A stretch of 64,000 bases of DNA from an uncultured Candidatus Saccharibacteria bacterium (GCA_964350985.1 CAYGLK010000001.1:158636-222635); one strand, 5' to 3'; shown: positions 1-10,030, counted from the stretch's first letter. Notes: generated by a model from the sequence alone, not told the origin. A program made the numbers and translations.

Positions 1-3000
1 TGTGAGGTACTGGCCATTTCAAACGCAACGCTCCCAACTACTCGTTGCCAGGATCCAACATTTTCGCAGGTTGTGATCTTAGTGCCATATTCAAGCCGCA
101 GTCTTGTATCAGTTGCTGTAATACTTCCATCATTTGAAATAGCCACACGAAGTCTTTGAGTACTCTTTTGAAATACTCCATTTACTTGGGTATTCTCAAT
201 ACCATTAGTGGCAGACGAGGCTGTCGCTTCATTTCCATTGTCATTTCGCCAGTGATAATTAGCCTGAGTTAGTGAAGGGGCTGCAATACTTGTAGTACCG
301 TCGATTTCTATAGTACTTCCTGGTCCAATAGAACCAGTACTAGCAACAACATCAAGAGAAGGGTTATTAATAGAAAGGTCAATTGTTTGACCGTCGGTAA
401 CTGATTTGTTGACTGAATATACCGTGTAAACACAGAGTGCCGAAGTATCTGTAATAGCTACTGATTGGTTAAATGTAGCAGTACCATCTGCCCCTGAGAA
501 GCTACTGGCAGTACTACCATACTGGCTTTCAGTTCCAGAGTAAGACTCACTAACACAGTTGTAGGGAGCAGAGGTGTCGAGTTCATAAAATAATTTAACT
601 GAAGTTAAATTAGTAGCGTCAACGGTTCCTGATTCTGTCAGAGTGATCTCAGTAATGTCTCGACTACCTGAATTGTCTGTAATAGAAAATACTCCACCAC
701 TGTAATTATCGACTGAGTCACTGTTGACTGTTGCGATTTGGGTACCGCTAGCACCAACAGATACATCAGAACTGAGCGTGGCTTCTGGATACTCCGAATA
801 ATTTTTTAAGGGGGTTCCCGCATCAGTTACTCTAAAACAATAGCCAACACCTTCAGTAGCATTGTTTGTAGCTTGGATTGAATACTCAAGTTCGACAAAC
901 TGACTTAAAGAAGTAGTCTCAATAAAATTTCCATTTGATTGAAAACTGATAACAGCTACTTCTTCAGCAGCGTGACCACGATCAGCTCCAAGTCCGTCTT
1001 CATCAGTTGATAGGGTAACAGCTGAAGCTGTCGGCGCTGTATCGGTATCTACTTGCGCAAATCCGCCATCAGCCCCGAGTTGGGTTAAGGCCTGTACGAT
1101 GATTACGGATGGGGTAGTGGAAAAAGCTGAACTGTAATTAATAGTAATTGGCGTATTAGAAACATTGGCGCTCCCTGAGGTAATAAAGTCGAAGTTAATT
1201 GAGTTGTTGGTTCCGTTGCTCTCTTCAAAAACAATAAAATCAATATCTTCAGCGGCGGTGTGCCCATCTGCGTCCCAGTTGTCATTTAAGAAGGCGGTTA
1301 GTCCGGAGCTGGTGGGAGGATTATCGACATTGGTTCCGTCATAGACTGTAGCGAAAGTCCAGTCTGAGTCGTTAGTGGTCACAACAGAAGCAAGGACAGT
1401 TGGATTAGTAAAGGTGCTTGGATAGGTCACAGCTGCTCCGCCAGGATTATCTGGTAGGGCGCGCCCGGCTGAAACACTGGTGCTGGTGGTACTAGCAAAA
1501 ACTTTAGTTCCAGTCCCACCATCATCTATAGTCCATTCTCCAGCCTCAATAACTAAATAATCCACCGTTGAAGTACCAGCAGAAAGAGAGCCGTCAAAGT
1601 TATCAACCAACACATCAAAAGCAGAAGTTGTTTTGTTGGAAATACGAACCGTTCTTTGGGTTGAGGTTCTAGGGTATCTAACAGAAGCAACAACTATTGG
1701 GTCAGTATAAGTATTATCTAAATTAATCGTTGTTGTAATTCCATTTGTAACTGATACGTTTTTAAATTCTGCTAAATTTGGAAATACGTCACTGTCCAGA
1801 ATAATTGAGCCAGTTTGCGCGGAAGTGTCACGTACTCCTCCGTTGGGGCTTAAAAACAAATCTGCTCCGTCAGTTACTCCGCCTGAAGCAACAGAAATGT
1901 TTGTGGTATTACTTGCTTCTGTTAGGAAGCTTGAGTCAAACATATTCCAGTCACTACCACCTGTCCCGACTTCAGTCCAGCCTGTAGCTAACGAACAGGT
2001 GGTGACTTTTTCAGAGTACTCGAGACGATAGTTATTGGATTCTGACTCAGAACCAAGAGCTGCTAGTCCGATTCGTAAGCGTTGCGGTGTTGAGGTTGAG
2101 AAAGAAAGTCCTGGTGTGTTTTCAGTCCCCCCGGTTGCGGAAGTAGCACCGACTTCACTACCATCATCATTGCGCCAATGATATCCAGTTTGTGTTATAG
2201 CAGCATCAACAATGGTGGTCAGCGAATTACCAACTGAACCAGCTGGATTTACAGTACCTCCAGCAGTAACCACAACATCAGACGATGGGTTTCCAATCTC
2301 AACGTTTATAGTTTCGCCATTTTGGGCTGTTGCCAAAACATCTGCCAAGATGTATCCACAAAACGCTTGTGTCTGCGAAATAGATTCACTGCTGGTAAAA
2401 GTGATAGTTCCATCTGCTCCACTGAAGGTTGAGGTTGCACCAAACTGTGCTTCGCTGCCTCCGTATGATTCACTGGCACAGTTGTATGGAAGAGTGGTGT
2501 CTAAGTCGTAGTACAAACGTACATTCTCCAAGTTGTTCTCTGCATCAATTGTTCCGTTTTCAGTAAAGATTATGTTCGTAATATTTCGACCGCCTTGATT
2601 TTCGATGATTGCAAATTGTTCTCCTAGATACAAGTCATCGGCTGGAATTGTAGTTGTTAGTACTTGATCTCCTGAGACAGTGACATCGGTAGTTGCTTCT
2701 CCAATCAATGTAGAAATCTCTACGGCTTGCAAGGCAATACGATCGGCAATAAAGTTCGACACCGGAGTACCAGTTGTTTCATCTGATTGAATTAATTCAA
2801 CCACCTGACCAGCGGTCAGGTTAGGGAAGAGTGCACCACCAGAAGAACCACTAGTATAAGCATCTTCAGAACCTTCATCACCTCGGTTGTAGCTACCATG
2901 TCCTCCATAGTTTTGAACAGAGCCATCAATTCGCCAGTCAAGTTTGGGAACATCTCGACCAGTACCAGCACTTCTGCTGGTGTAGGCAGTAGACAAGAAG

Positions 3001-4214
3001 AGGTAGTTTCCGTCACTGGCGATTTCAATATTGTCGTTGTTGGTACTGGTAGAGTGGGTAAAATAACTTGAAGCAGTGCGAAGTTGCGAATTCCAAGTCA
3101 TCACACTTTGGGAGGTGGTTAGTGCCTGGTCACTAGAACTAGTCAAGGAAATTACTTCTGCTCCAGTAGGCAGAGCAACCATAGTCAAGGCAGTCTCACC
3201 GCCAACAATATTTGTTGCCCCTGCAGCTTGTCCAGCGTTTCTTACTTCCACATTGAAAGTTTGGTCACCCGCAGAACTTTTCTTAACTATCCCGACATAC
3301 TGCAAGGTTCCGTTTGTGGTTCCATTATCAAATCGCAAATAACTACTACTGCGTGTACCAACTACTTCTGTACCATCAAGAGTTAATCTCAGTTCGTAGT
3401 TTTGTCTTGGTCCACTGCCATCAGTAACGTTTAGCTTAACGTTGGCTGTGACTAAGAAAAGTTGTTCAGATCCGCCTTTTAGTGTTACGTCAGCGGCGGT
3501 TGGGGTAAATGCAAAAGACCCAGTGTCAACCTCGTCAGTAGTGTCCCAAGTAACATCAGTAAAACTTGAGTTAGCACTAATATCGCTACTGTTTGAAGCT
3601 TTGTGTATTCGTAAATAATCTAAGTCGTCATCAAGTTTCAGGACACTAACGCCGTTGCTGTTGGCTCTAATGGCTGTGCCGGCAGAAGGATTTGCATCAT
3701 CTCGTTCTAGCTCCACTCGTAAATTTTGATTGGTAGTCGCGTCAATTATGGCAGCTCCAGAGTTGTAGGCAGATAAATTATTCTCAGTATCACGGATGTA
3801 CCCAGTAGCCCAACCTGCTTCAATGGGAGTACCGTCAAGTGTTAGGTATGAAGAAATCGAACGACGATTTGTGCCCCCGGTAGATCCTTCTTCGGTGTAG
3901 GTGTTATAAAGCACTAAGTATTTTCCACCATCAGTGAGGGCAATGTCGGCATCATTTACATTGAGTACTATGTTGGTACTCTCAGACAAGGTGGTGTCCC
4001 ATTTGACGTCAAAGCCAGTTCCGGCTACGACCTCGCCACCAGCCGCTTGACGAAAAACTGAAAAATCTCCAGCTACCGCTCCAACTTTGGCTGCGTTAAA
4101 TAAACCATGTTCTAACAACAAAAACGCATCTGTAAATACCATTGAAAAAATAAGAACAAATGAACAGTATGTACGCAGCCAATTAGCTGAGTTTTTTCCC
4201 GTCACCTTTCGCAT
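1..4214 (-). CDS. Giant secreted/surface repeat protein (partial, >1400 aa, runs off window start)
   Basis: Manual translation from ATG at 4214 (MRKVTGKNSANWLRTYCSFVLIFSMVFTDAF...) stays in frame to position 3. It has a signal-like N-terminus and is Thr/Ser/Gly/Asp-rich. PYNCxSESY and YHWRND motifs each occur twice. Absent from the ORF track because no stop lies in the window. Confidence 0.9.
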   Translation of the reverse strand, partial: MRKVTGKNSANWLRTYCSFVLIFSMVFTDAFLLLEHGLFNAAKVGAVAGDFSVFRQAAGGEVVAGTGFDVKWDTTLSESTNIVLNVNDADIALTDGGKYLVLYNTYTEEGSTGGTNRRSISSYLTLDGTPIEAGWATGYIRDTENNLSAYNSGAAIIDATTNQNLRVELERDDANPSAGTAIRANSNGVSVLKLDDDLDYLRIHKASNSSDISANSSFTDVTWDTTDEVDTGSFAFTPTAADVTLKGGSEQLFLVTANVKLNVTDGSGPRQNYELRLTLDGTEVVGTRSSSYLRFDNGTTNGTLQYVGIVKKSSAGDQTFNVEVRNAGQAAGATNIVGGETALTMVALPTGAEVISLTSSSDQALTTSQSVMTWNSQLRTASSYFTHSTSTNNDNIEIASDGNYLFLSTAYTSRSAGTGRDVPKLDWRIDGSVQNYGGHGSYNRGDEGSEDAYTSGSSGGALFPNLTAGQVVELIQSDETTGTPVSNFIADRIALQAVEISTLIGEATTDVTVSGDQVLTTTIPADDLYLGEQFAIIENQGGRNITNIIFTENGTIDAENNLENVRLYYDLDTTLPYNCASESYGGSEAQFGATSTFSGADGTITFTSSESISQTQAFCGYILADVLATAQNGETINVEIGNPSSDVVVTAGGTVNPAGSVGNSLTTIVDAAITQTGYHWRNDDGSEVGATSATGGTENTPGLSFSTSTPQRLRIGLAALGSESESNNYRLEYSEKVTTCSLATGWTEVGTGGSDWNMFDSSFLTEASNTTNISVASGGVTDGADLFLSPNGGVRDTSAQTGSIILDSDVFPNLAEFKNVSVTNGITTTINLDNTYTDPIVVASVRYPRTSTQRTVRISNKTTSAFDVLVDNFDGSLSAGTSTVDYLVIEAGEWTIDDGGTGTKVFASTTSTSVSAGRALPDNPGGAAVTYPSTFTNPTVLASVVTTNDSDWTFATVYDGTNVDNPPTSSGLTAFLNDNWDADGHTAAEDIDFIVFEESNGTNNSINFDFITSGSANVSNTPITINYSSAFSTTPSVIIVQALTQLGADGGFAQVDTDTAPTASAVTLSTDEDGLGADRGHAAEEVAVISFQSNGNFIETTSLSQFVELEYSIQATNNATEGVGYCFRVTDAGTPLKNYSEYPEATLSSDVSVGASGTQIATVNSDSVDNYSGGVFSITDNSGSRDITEITLTESGTVDATNLTSVKLFYELDTSAPYNCVSESYSGTESQYGSTASSFSGADGTATFNQSVAITDTSALCVYTVYSVNKSVTDGQTIDLSINNPSLDVVASTGSIGPGSTIEIDGTTSIAAPSLTQANYHWRNDNGNEATASSATNGIENTQVNGVFQKSTQRLRVAISNDGSITATDTRLRLEYGTKITTCENVGSWQRVVGSVAFEMASTS

Positions 4215-4280
4215 GGGCCTACCTATTATAGTAAAAAATGAGGCGAATGCGAAAAATAGCCTTATTTAGAGCCTTCTTTC

Positions 4281-4531
4281 TGTGTATAACTTACTTGACG
4301 GTGAGAGGTCCTTTTATACAAAAGCCCATAGAGGGATTGGTAAAAAATATGTAAAAATTGGTCACTTATGCCCGTTTAGTACACAAGTAAACCCCAAGTT
4401 ATCCCAAGAGTTATACAGCTGTCTCCACAGGATTTTCCACAGAGTAATCCACATTTTTTTATTTGAGTTTTTATGGAAAATTATTATTAATTCCTCTATT
4501 TATTTGTACCCTATGAACAGCTTTTGTATAA
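4281..4531. promoter_or_regulatory. DnaA-box cluster, candidate oriC
   Basis: TGTGTATAA 4281 (reverse perfect box), TTATACAAA 4314, TTATCCCAA 4399, TTATACAGC 4411, GTCTCCACA 4421, TTTTCCACA 4433 (perfect), TAATCCACA 4445, TATGGAAAA 4472 (reverse). Followed by an AT-rich tract; intergenic between divergent genes. Confidence 0.6.
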
Positions 4532-4564
4532 TTAGCAAATTAGTATTGCTGTAACTCAAAATAT

Positions 4565-5086
4565 ATGGACTTTGAAATTGGAGATGTGAGATCAGAAAGT
4601 GAAGCTAGTGTTTTAAAAAGAAATATTGAGATGTTAAGAGATGAAGAGGTAAATAAATTGTCATTGTCTAGATTGGCAATGTATCGAAAGAAAATTGATG
4701 AATTGGTTGATGGGGAAGAAGCAGTATTACTTAATGCTCAGTTAGAACAATACGCTTTTGATTACGTGTCACATGAATTATCTACTCTAAAAGTTTCTCA
4801 GTTAGATTATCTGTCACTTGAGACCATAAAGCTGCAATTAGAAGGAGAGTTTCCTTTGCAAGATAAGGAAAAACATACAACACTTTTGTTAGAAATAGAC
4901 AAAAAAGTTTTAGAATATCTCCAGTATGCGTTGTTGTCTCCTGACTACAAACCATTACTTGCTAACCCTGAGACCTACGAACGAGAAAAATCATTGATCG
5001 CAGAATTTCCTTTCCACGATGAAAGCAAAATGGTAGAAGCTTTGAGATTTATCGAGGAAGTTAAGAGAGTGAATCTGATTACTTAA
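4565..5086 (+). CDS. Hypothetical protein (acidic, helical)
   Basis: 173 aa ORF with TATAAT upstream; no recognisable motif. Confidence 0.7.
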   Translation: MDFEIGDVRSESEASVLKRNIEMLRDEEVNKLSLSRLAMYRKKIDELVDGEEAVLLNAQLEQYAFDYVSHELSTLKVSQLDYLSLETIKLQLEGEFPLQDKEKHTTLLLEIDKKVLEYLQYALLSPDYKPLLANPETYEREKSLIAEFPFHDESKMVEALRFIEEVKRVNLIT

Positions 5087-5113
5087 TATATTTCAATTAA
5101 TAAACTTTATAAT

Positions 5114-5460
5114 TTAAATAACCTGATTAATTAAACCTTTAAAAGCTCGCTGGTCAATATCGGTAACTGAGAATATTTTTATGTGTCTAATAAATTTTCC
5201 ATCACCCTGGAGTAACTTGCGAGAGTCTCTTAACTGAGAGCCAAGGTAAAAACCAAGTTGGATATGGTCTGGCTTACAATGAATAAAGAGCTTATGATTT
5301 TTACCCTCAGTCCAACAACCTTGTCCCCATTTAACAGTTTTTTCTAACTTAGGAGCTATAGAGGATATTGTTTTGAAACTTCTGTAATAAGTTTTATATT
5401 TTTGCTTGATTGGTCTTTCTTCCAGTCAGAAAAAGAGGTGTATGATTTCATTTTTGGCAT
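5114..5460 (-). pseudogene. DUF1801/YdhG-like protein with a 1-nt frameshift
   Basis: MPKMKSYTSFSDWKKDQ...EVSK joins TISSIAPKLEKTVKWGQGCW...HIQLGFYLGSQLRDSRKLLQGDGKFIRHIK if one A is added to the A4 run at 5371-5374. KWG, LGF and L.G.GK..RH.K motifs match DUF1801. Confidence 0.75.
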
Positions 5461-5495
5461 ATAAAATATTGTATCTAAGTGATATCGTCCTTATT

Positions 5496-5918
5496 TTATT
5501 CAACAATAATTGAAGAGCTAAAGCGCGTACCGCTAACAGCTGGTATGACTTCAAAGTTATATTGTCCAAATTGATAAATAGTAAATACTTCGTAGACACT
5601 ACCGTTTTCATCTGCAGTAACTGTTCTTACATTAGACCCGCCATCTGGCCCACCCATGGTAACTTTCACATCTTCGCCAGGCTGTGCAGCTGTAAAAGCA
5701 ACAAAGATTTCACTATATTCACCTGGTTTGGTGTGTTCGTAGGTAATCCGTAGTTCTCGACCAGATTCAGCTATATTATTTGCAAAATCTTCACCTAAGG
5801 CTGGTTCGTTTTCTTGTACTGATTCTACTTCTGTCTCTGTGTTATTAGTAAATAGTAATGTCGCAACTACTGCTATAGCAATTACGAATAAAACAAAAAA
5901 CAAAATATTTTTATTCAT
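5496..5918 (-). CDS. Membrane-anchored hypothetical protein (N-terminal TM, beta-rich C-terminus)
   Basis: ORF; likely start MNKNILFF at 5918 directly after TGgTATACT. Confidence 0.75.
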   Translation of the reverse strand: MNKNILFFVLFVIAIAVVATLLFTNNTETEVESVQENEPALGEDFANNIAESGRELRITYEHTKPGEYSEIFVAFTAAQPGEDVKVTMGGPDGGSNVRTVTADENGSVYEVFTIYQFGQYNFEVIPAVSGTRFSSSIIVE

Positions 5919-5965
5919 AATTTTAGTATACCAAAAGTTCAAAAAGATTTCCTTTTGAAATCAAC

Positions 5966-7309
5966 TTAATATATTCTTTCCATATCCGCACCGTCTGAGT
6001 AAATGATCTGAGCTCTACTGTCCTTAATTCTCTTGAATGTAATTACTTCTCCTGGTGAACCGTAACCAATCTTGTCTTGGTTTTTGAACGAGTGTTGTTT
6101 AACTTTTTTATACTTTGACCAAGCTTGCACAGGATTAGGTGCTGAAGCCCCAAATCCAACCAAATCATCTCCTGTACTTACAATCACCTTGTCACCCCAT
6201 CGGTTGCGATACAAGCCTGAGTAGGGCTCATTAGAAATAGATTTTATATCCTTTGTGTTCTTGAGGTCATAAATTAACCTCATTAAATTATCACTAACAG
6301 CTCCAGCAGTGTTTGATTGTGTATTGGTAAGGACAATTACCTGAACATTATCCTCAATATGGCTGATGGCATTAGTTACATATCCTGCAAAACCTCCTGA
6401 GTGTCCGTAGGTCTGTTGACCTGTGACCGCTTCGATGCAAAGCCCTAATCCATACATTTCGTCCTTATTCACAATACTTTGTACCTGACGCATCGCTTTT
6501 CTAGACTCTCTATTGAGTGCGCTCTTCTTACTATCAGGATGTAAAGATGATAAAAACAAAGCCAAGTCTTGCACATTTGAAATAAATCCAGTTGCAGGAG
6601 CATAGGCATTTGTTTTAATGTTAGGCTCTTTTTGTCGGTCTGTCACATCTGGTGTCCAGCGTTCATACCCTATAGTTAGTTTTGCTGGTATCTTATCCGG
6701 TAAATCTGGAAGAGTATTTTTTAATCCGAGTGGTTTGGTGATATTTTCAGTGACATATTTATCATAAGAGTCACCAGATACTTTCTCTATAACAGCTCCA
6801 AGTATGGAGTACCCATGATTTGAGTACTTCATGGTTGTAGCATTATCAAACACAATTGCTTTTGAAGAGACCGTACCCTCAAGCTTAGTTGGAAACTTAT
6901 CATTTACCCATTGCTGTGCCTCACCATCTCGGAAGAGTCCAGCACTATGCGAGAGTAGCTGCCGGATAGTGATGTTAGAAAGATCAGTTTCTTTAGTCTT
7001 ACCCTTAAACCAAGATAAATAATCAGAGACTTTATCATCGAGTTGAAGTTTACCTTTTTCTTGGAGCTGCATGATACTTACAGCTGTAAACATTTTAGAC
7101 ATTGAAGCAACTCGAAATTGTGCATCTTTCTTCATCTCGACATCTTTTTCAATATCAGATAGTCCAAAGGCATTAATATATTTCGGTACACCATTAACCG
7201 CAATGCAAACTACCGCACCCGGAGTATGATCGTAACGGATCTTCATCGGTAGCCAGTTGTCTACAATTTTACCTGCTACTTTGATTGCTTCAGCTAATTC
7301 TTTTTTCAT
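5966..7309 (-). CDS. Serine hydrolase, beta-lactamase class C/AmpC-like family
   Basis: SxxK (ASMSK), LLSHSAG, YSN and HSGG motifs; likely start MKKELAE at 7309. Confidence 0.9.
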   Translation of the reverse strand: MKKELAEAIKVAGKIVDNWLPMKIRYDHTPGAVVCIAVNGVPKYINAFGLSDIEKDVEMKKDAQFRVASMSKMFTAVSIMQLQEKGKLQLDDKVSDYLSWFKGKTKETDLSNITIRQLLSHSAGLFRDGEAQQWVNDKFPTKLEGTVSSKAIVFDNATTMKYSNHGYSILGAVIEKVSGDSYDKYVTENITKPLGLKNTLPDLPDKIPAKLTIGYERWTPDVTDRQKEPNIKTNAYAPATGFISNVQDLALFLSSLHPDSKKSALNRESRKAMRQVQSIVNKDEMYGLGLCIEAVTGQQTYGHSGGFAGYVTNAISHIEDNVQVIVLTNTQSNTAGAVSDNLMRLIYDLKNTKDIKSISNEPYSGLYRNRWGDKVIVSTGDDLVGFGASAPNPVQAWSKYKKVKQHSFKNQDKIGYGSPGEVITFKRIKDSRAQIIYSDGADMERIY

Positions 7310-7325
7310 AATAAAAAGTATACCA

Positions 7326-7337
7326 GAGGTTCGAACC
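7326..7337 (+). repeat. Truncated array junction motif (GAGGTTCGAACC)
   Basis: Matches the GAAGTTCGAACT half of the junctions at 10031, 12306 and 14168. Confidence 0.55.
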
Positions 7338-7347
7338 TTCGATAAAG

Positions 7348-7418
7348 GTATAAAAAAGAACCGCCACACCTTGAGGAAGGTGGGACGGCTATGTCCTTTC
7401 TTCCACTAGTGTGGTGGC
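7348..7418 (-). terminator. Long hairpin plus T-tract after the 7423 ORF (shared cassette 3' hairpin)
   Basis: ccgccacac...ggaag..ggac/gtcc..cttcc...gtgtggtgg, preceded on + by GTATAAAAAA; shares 18 bp TGTCCTTTCTTCCACTAG with 10525-10542. Confidence 0.7.
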
Positions 7419-7422
7419 CTTG

Positions 7423-7881
7423 TTATCCGCGTTGCAATTTTTGCGAGACCCTCATTTCGGTCAATCGACCAAGCCCCTCGTCGTCAGGCACAAGCAAAGG
7501 GTCCTCTACTTTCCGTCGCCCACGTTCGTCGGTGCTGATGTACGTGAGGATCCTAAAATCTATCCTCCACAAGCCATAAGTCACTGGCATTTCGGCACCG
7601 AGAGGATCGGTAACCTTTCTGGGGAAGCGGTGTGTCATCTCTCGAAAAAGGCCACTGCCGATATCTTTGCGGAATTGATTATCTGTCGGATTTGACCAAA
7701 AGTGGCTGGTGTCGATAACGATTCGATTGGGACAATTCTTGTCCATAAAGTCGTAACTGGCAGTATTGCCAGTGGTTAGACTCTCAAGTAACGCCTCTGT
7801 AAACTCTTTTTTTCTTATATGTACAGAGACTGTCACCATAAAAAATCTACGATTGCGTAGGGCGAGAGAAGGCTCGTCCAT
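7423..7881 (-). CDS. Hypothetical cassette protein
   Basis: 152 aa ORF with GGGAG SD and upstream TTGACG. Confidence 0.7.
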   Translation of the reverse strand: MDEPSLALRNRRFFMVTVSVHIRKKEFTEALLESLTTGNTASYDFMDKNCPNRIVIDTSHFWSNPTDNQFRKDIGSGLFREMTHRFPRKVTDPLGAEMPVTYGLWRIDFRILTYISTDERGRRKVEDPLLVPDDEGLGRLTEMRVSQKLQRG

Positions 7882-8055
7882 AATGTACTCCCTAGTGTTG
7901 GTTAAAGAACCGATTTATTTTAATCCTTGCGGGCATAAAGCTGCAAAGAATCTAAAGTTAATATCGCAAAAAAGAAACTCATCGTCAATACACAAATCAA
8001 GCCTTTCATGTTCAAAAACCTCCATGTTGTTAATATTGCATGGATTTGTTTGTAG

Positions 8056-8075
8056 GTTAGGGAAGTTCGAACTTT
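8056..8075 (+). repeat. Array junction motif lacking the GCTCC core (GTTAGGGAAGTTCGAACTTT)
   Basis: Near-identical to 10041-10060; preceded by an imperfect palindrome. Confidence 0.65.
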
Positions 8076-8110
8076 CTGCATGCAGAATGACAGCGTTCTG
8101 ATGTAGAAGT

Positions 8111-8527
8111 CTAGTTCAAATATGAACGTAACTTTTCAGTAATATTTTTCACCTCTGATATATACGGCTCTACACTTCTTTCGGCAGTAGCTGCGTTCAT
8201 AATTGGACGTACAGATTCAATTTTTCTACCAAATTTCTCCATCCAATCATGTCGGGGAAAAATCCAAACATGGAACCCGTGTTCAGTGTCTTCATTTTGG
8301 AAAATGTATACATCTTTGATATTCAAGACATGCTCCATTGCGACTCGAACTTTCTTCAAAATATCTGCTAGCTCGCGGAGTTCTTCGTCTGAAAAATCAG
8401 AAAATGAGCGTTTTGTTTTATCATTTGCTCCAATTACAAAAAAAGCTTCAATTGGAGTTTCCCAATCCTGGCCCACATTGAATGTTTCTGTCTTGAGAAT
8501 TGTACTGTCTGGGAATAATACTTTCAT
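8111..8527 (-). CDS. HIT-family hydrolase-like protein
   Basis: HGFHVWIFPRH variant histidine-triad motif; 138 aa. Confidence 0.75.
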   Translation of the reverse strand: MKVLFPDSTILKTETFNVGQDWETPIEAFFVIGANDKTKRSFSDFSDEELRELADILKKVRVAMEHVLNIKDVYIFQNEDTEHGFHVWIFPRHDWMEKFGRKIESVRPIMNAATAERSVEPYISEVKNITEKLRSYLN

Positions 8528-8581
8528 AAGATAAGTATATCAGTCCCAGACAAATAAATATCTTGCTAAAAATAGAGTGGT

Positions 8582-9079
8582 CTATAGTGGAATTTCACAC
8601 TCAATGTCGCCTTGGTCTATCATTAAACGCAAAACATCAGAATTGACTACAATCTCTTGTTCTGTTGGGACAGATTCATCCGAGTAAACTTCATAATGAT
8701 GGTTACCTTCACAAAAATTTGCAGGATCTAGTACATAAATATATCCTTCACCATTAAGCTGAATATTGTTAGTTTCACTCCAGATCCTAGCCTGTCCGTT
8801 TCGCTCGGATATCCGCAAACCCATTCGTTGTTCAGGATCAAGTGGTTTTGCAAGAGATAGAACTAGAGGGAGTAAAAAGTCTCCTGGAGCTCCATAAACC
8901 ACTTTCATATGTTTGTTGTGTTTTGATGAGTGGTCAAAAGCTAGATCCGGATCTAGTTTATTTAATCCTTTCTTTTTTGAACCGTGAAAATTTTTTCCTT
9001 CAGCTTTAGCTCGTTCAAGTAAATTCAATGATTTTATAGGATCAAATTTTTCAGGAGTATTGAATTTTTCTTTATTCAT
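8582..9079 (-). CDS. Hypothetical protein, possible ADP-ribosyltransferase-like fold
   Basis: FHGS...LxP near the N-terminus and GYIYVL...E pattern, reminiscent of Arr-type ARTs. Confidence 0.6.
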   Translation of the reverse strand: MNKEKFNTPEKFDPIKSLNLLERAKAEGKNFHGSKKKGLNKLDPDLAFDHSSKHNKHMKVVYGAPGDFLLPLVLSLAKPLDPEQRMGLRISERNGQARIWSETNNIQLNGEGYIYVLDPANFCEGNHHYEVYSDESVPTEQEIVVNSDVLRLMIDQGDIECEIPL

Positions 9080-9103
9080 AACAAAATTATAGCAGAAGTA
9101 AAA

Positions 9104-9162
9104 ACCACACTTGCGTGTGGCCTAACTTTTATATGCTCCACATAGTGGACGAGATTAGAAAC
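9104..9162 (+). repeat. Array junction: palindromic spacer + GCTCC + coding tail
   Basis: 36 bp ACCACACTTGCGTGTGGCCTAACTTTTATATGCTCC is identical to 15652-15687; followed by (M)LHIVDEIRN. Confidence 0.85.
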
Positions 9163-9194
9163 AGTATATCTAGTGTATAATTAAGCTCACAGAT

Positions 9195-9980
9195 ATGAAG
9201 ATTTACTCCTGGAACGTCTTATTCAAGAATAAGAAGCTCGACAACGTTCTTGCTTTCATTGAAAAGCTAGATTTTGATATTCTCACTCTCCAAGAAGTCT
9301 CTGAAGAGTTGTTGGAAAGACTAAAACAGCTTCCTTATAGTCTTGCATCCAGCACAGATAAGGTTCGTATAGATGAATTTGGAAAAAATTTCACTGATTC
9401 GCTCGTGATCCTTTCTCGATATTCTATAGTCCAGCAAGAATCTATTTTATTTCCAGCGGAGTGGTATCAAGAACCTGTCGCATGGCAGTCGAAGCTAGCG
9501 AGAAAATTATTGAGTTGGAGGCATTCGTATAAAAGCAGAAGCGGTCTCCGTGTCGAAGTATTTTTACCAGATTCTAAACGTATCCAAATAGTCTGTGCTC
9601 ATCTCGCAATCGTATTTGCTACCCCTGAAACTCGTCAGATGGAGTTTGATTTTTTGATGCAGAAGCGGAATAATGAACTACCCGTTATCTTTTGTGGAGA
9701 TTTTAATATCTTGGAACTACCTCACATAACTCTTCTGAATTGGCTATCTGGTGGAAAGTTAAGTGATTGGATGTTCTGGTGGGGAGAGCGACAAACCTTC
9801 GAGAATAAATTTCAGGAATATTTTTTGCAAAATCCTCTCAAAGGGATGATGACCCATCCCATCGCCATATCTCAGATTGATCACATTCTTATTCCAAAAG
9901 ATTTCCAAGTCATCTCGAAAAAAGTCTTGCGTAGCAAGTTCGGTTCCGATCATAATCCGGTGATGGTGGAAGTGGACTAG
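9195..9980 (+). CDS. Endonuclease/exonuclease/phosphatase (EEP) family protein
   Basis: SWNV, DILTLQE, HL, GDFN, IDHI and GSDH motifs. Confidence 0.92.
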   Translation: MKIYSWNVLFKNKKLDNVLAFIEKLDFDILTLQEVSEELLERLKQLPYSLASSTDKVRIDEFGKNFTDSLVILSRYSIVQQESILFPAEWYQEPVAWQSKLARKLLSWRHSYKSRSGLRVEVFLPDSKRIQIVCAHLAIVFATPETRQMEFDFLMQKRNNELPVIFCGDFNILELPHITLLNWLSGGKLSDWMFWWGERQTFENKFQEYFLQNPLKGMMTHPIAISQIDHILIPKDFQVISKKVLRSKFGSDHNPVMVEVD

Positions 9981-10030
9981 AGAGCAAAAAAGAAACACAA
10001 TAGCCAGAAAGAATGCTTTTCATGTTGGAT

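Noticed and set aside
1103-4554. Short ORFs listed in 1.1-4.55 kb
   Set aside because: Shadows of the giant minus-strand CDS, or spanning the DnaA-box region.
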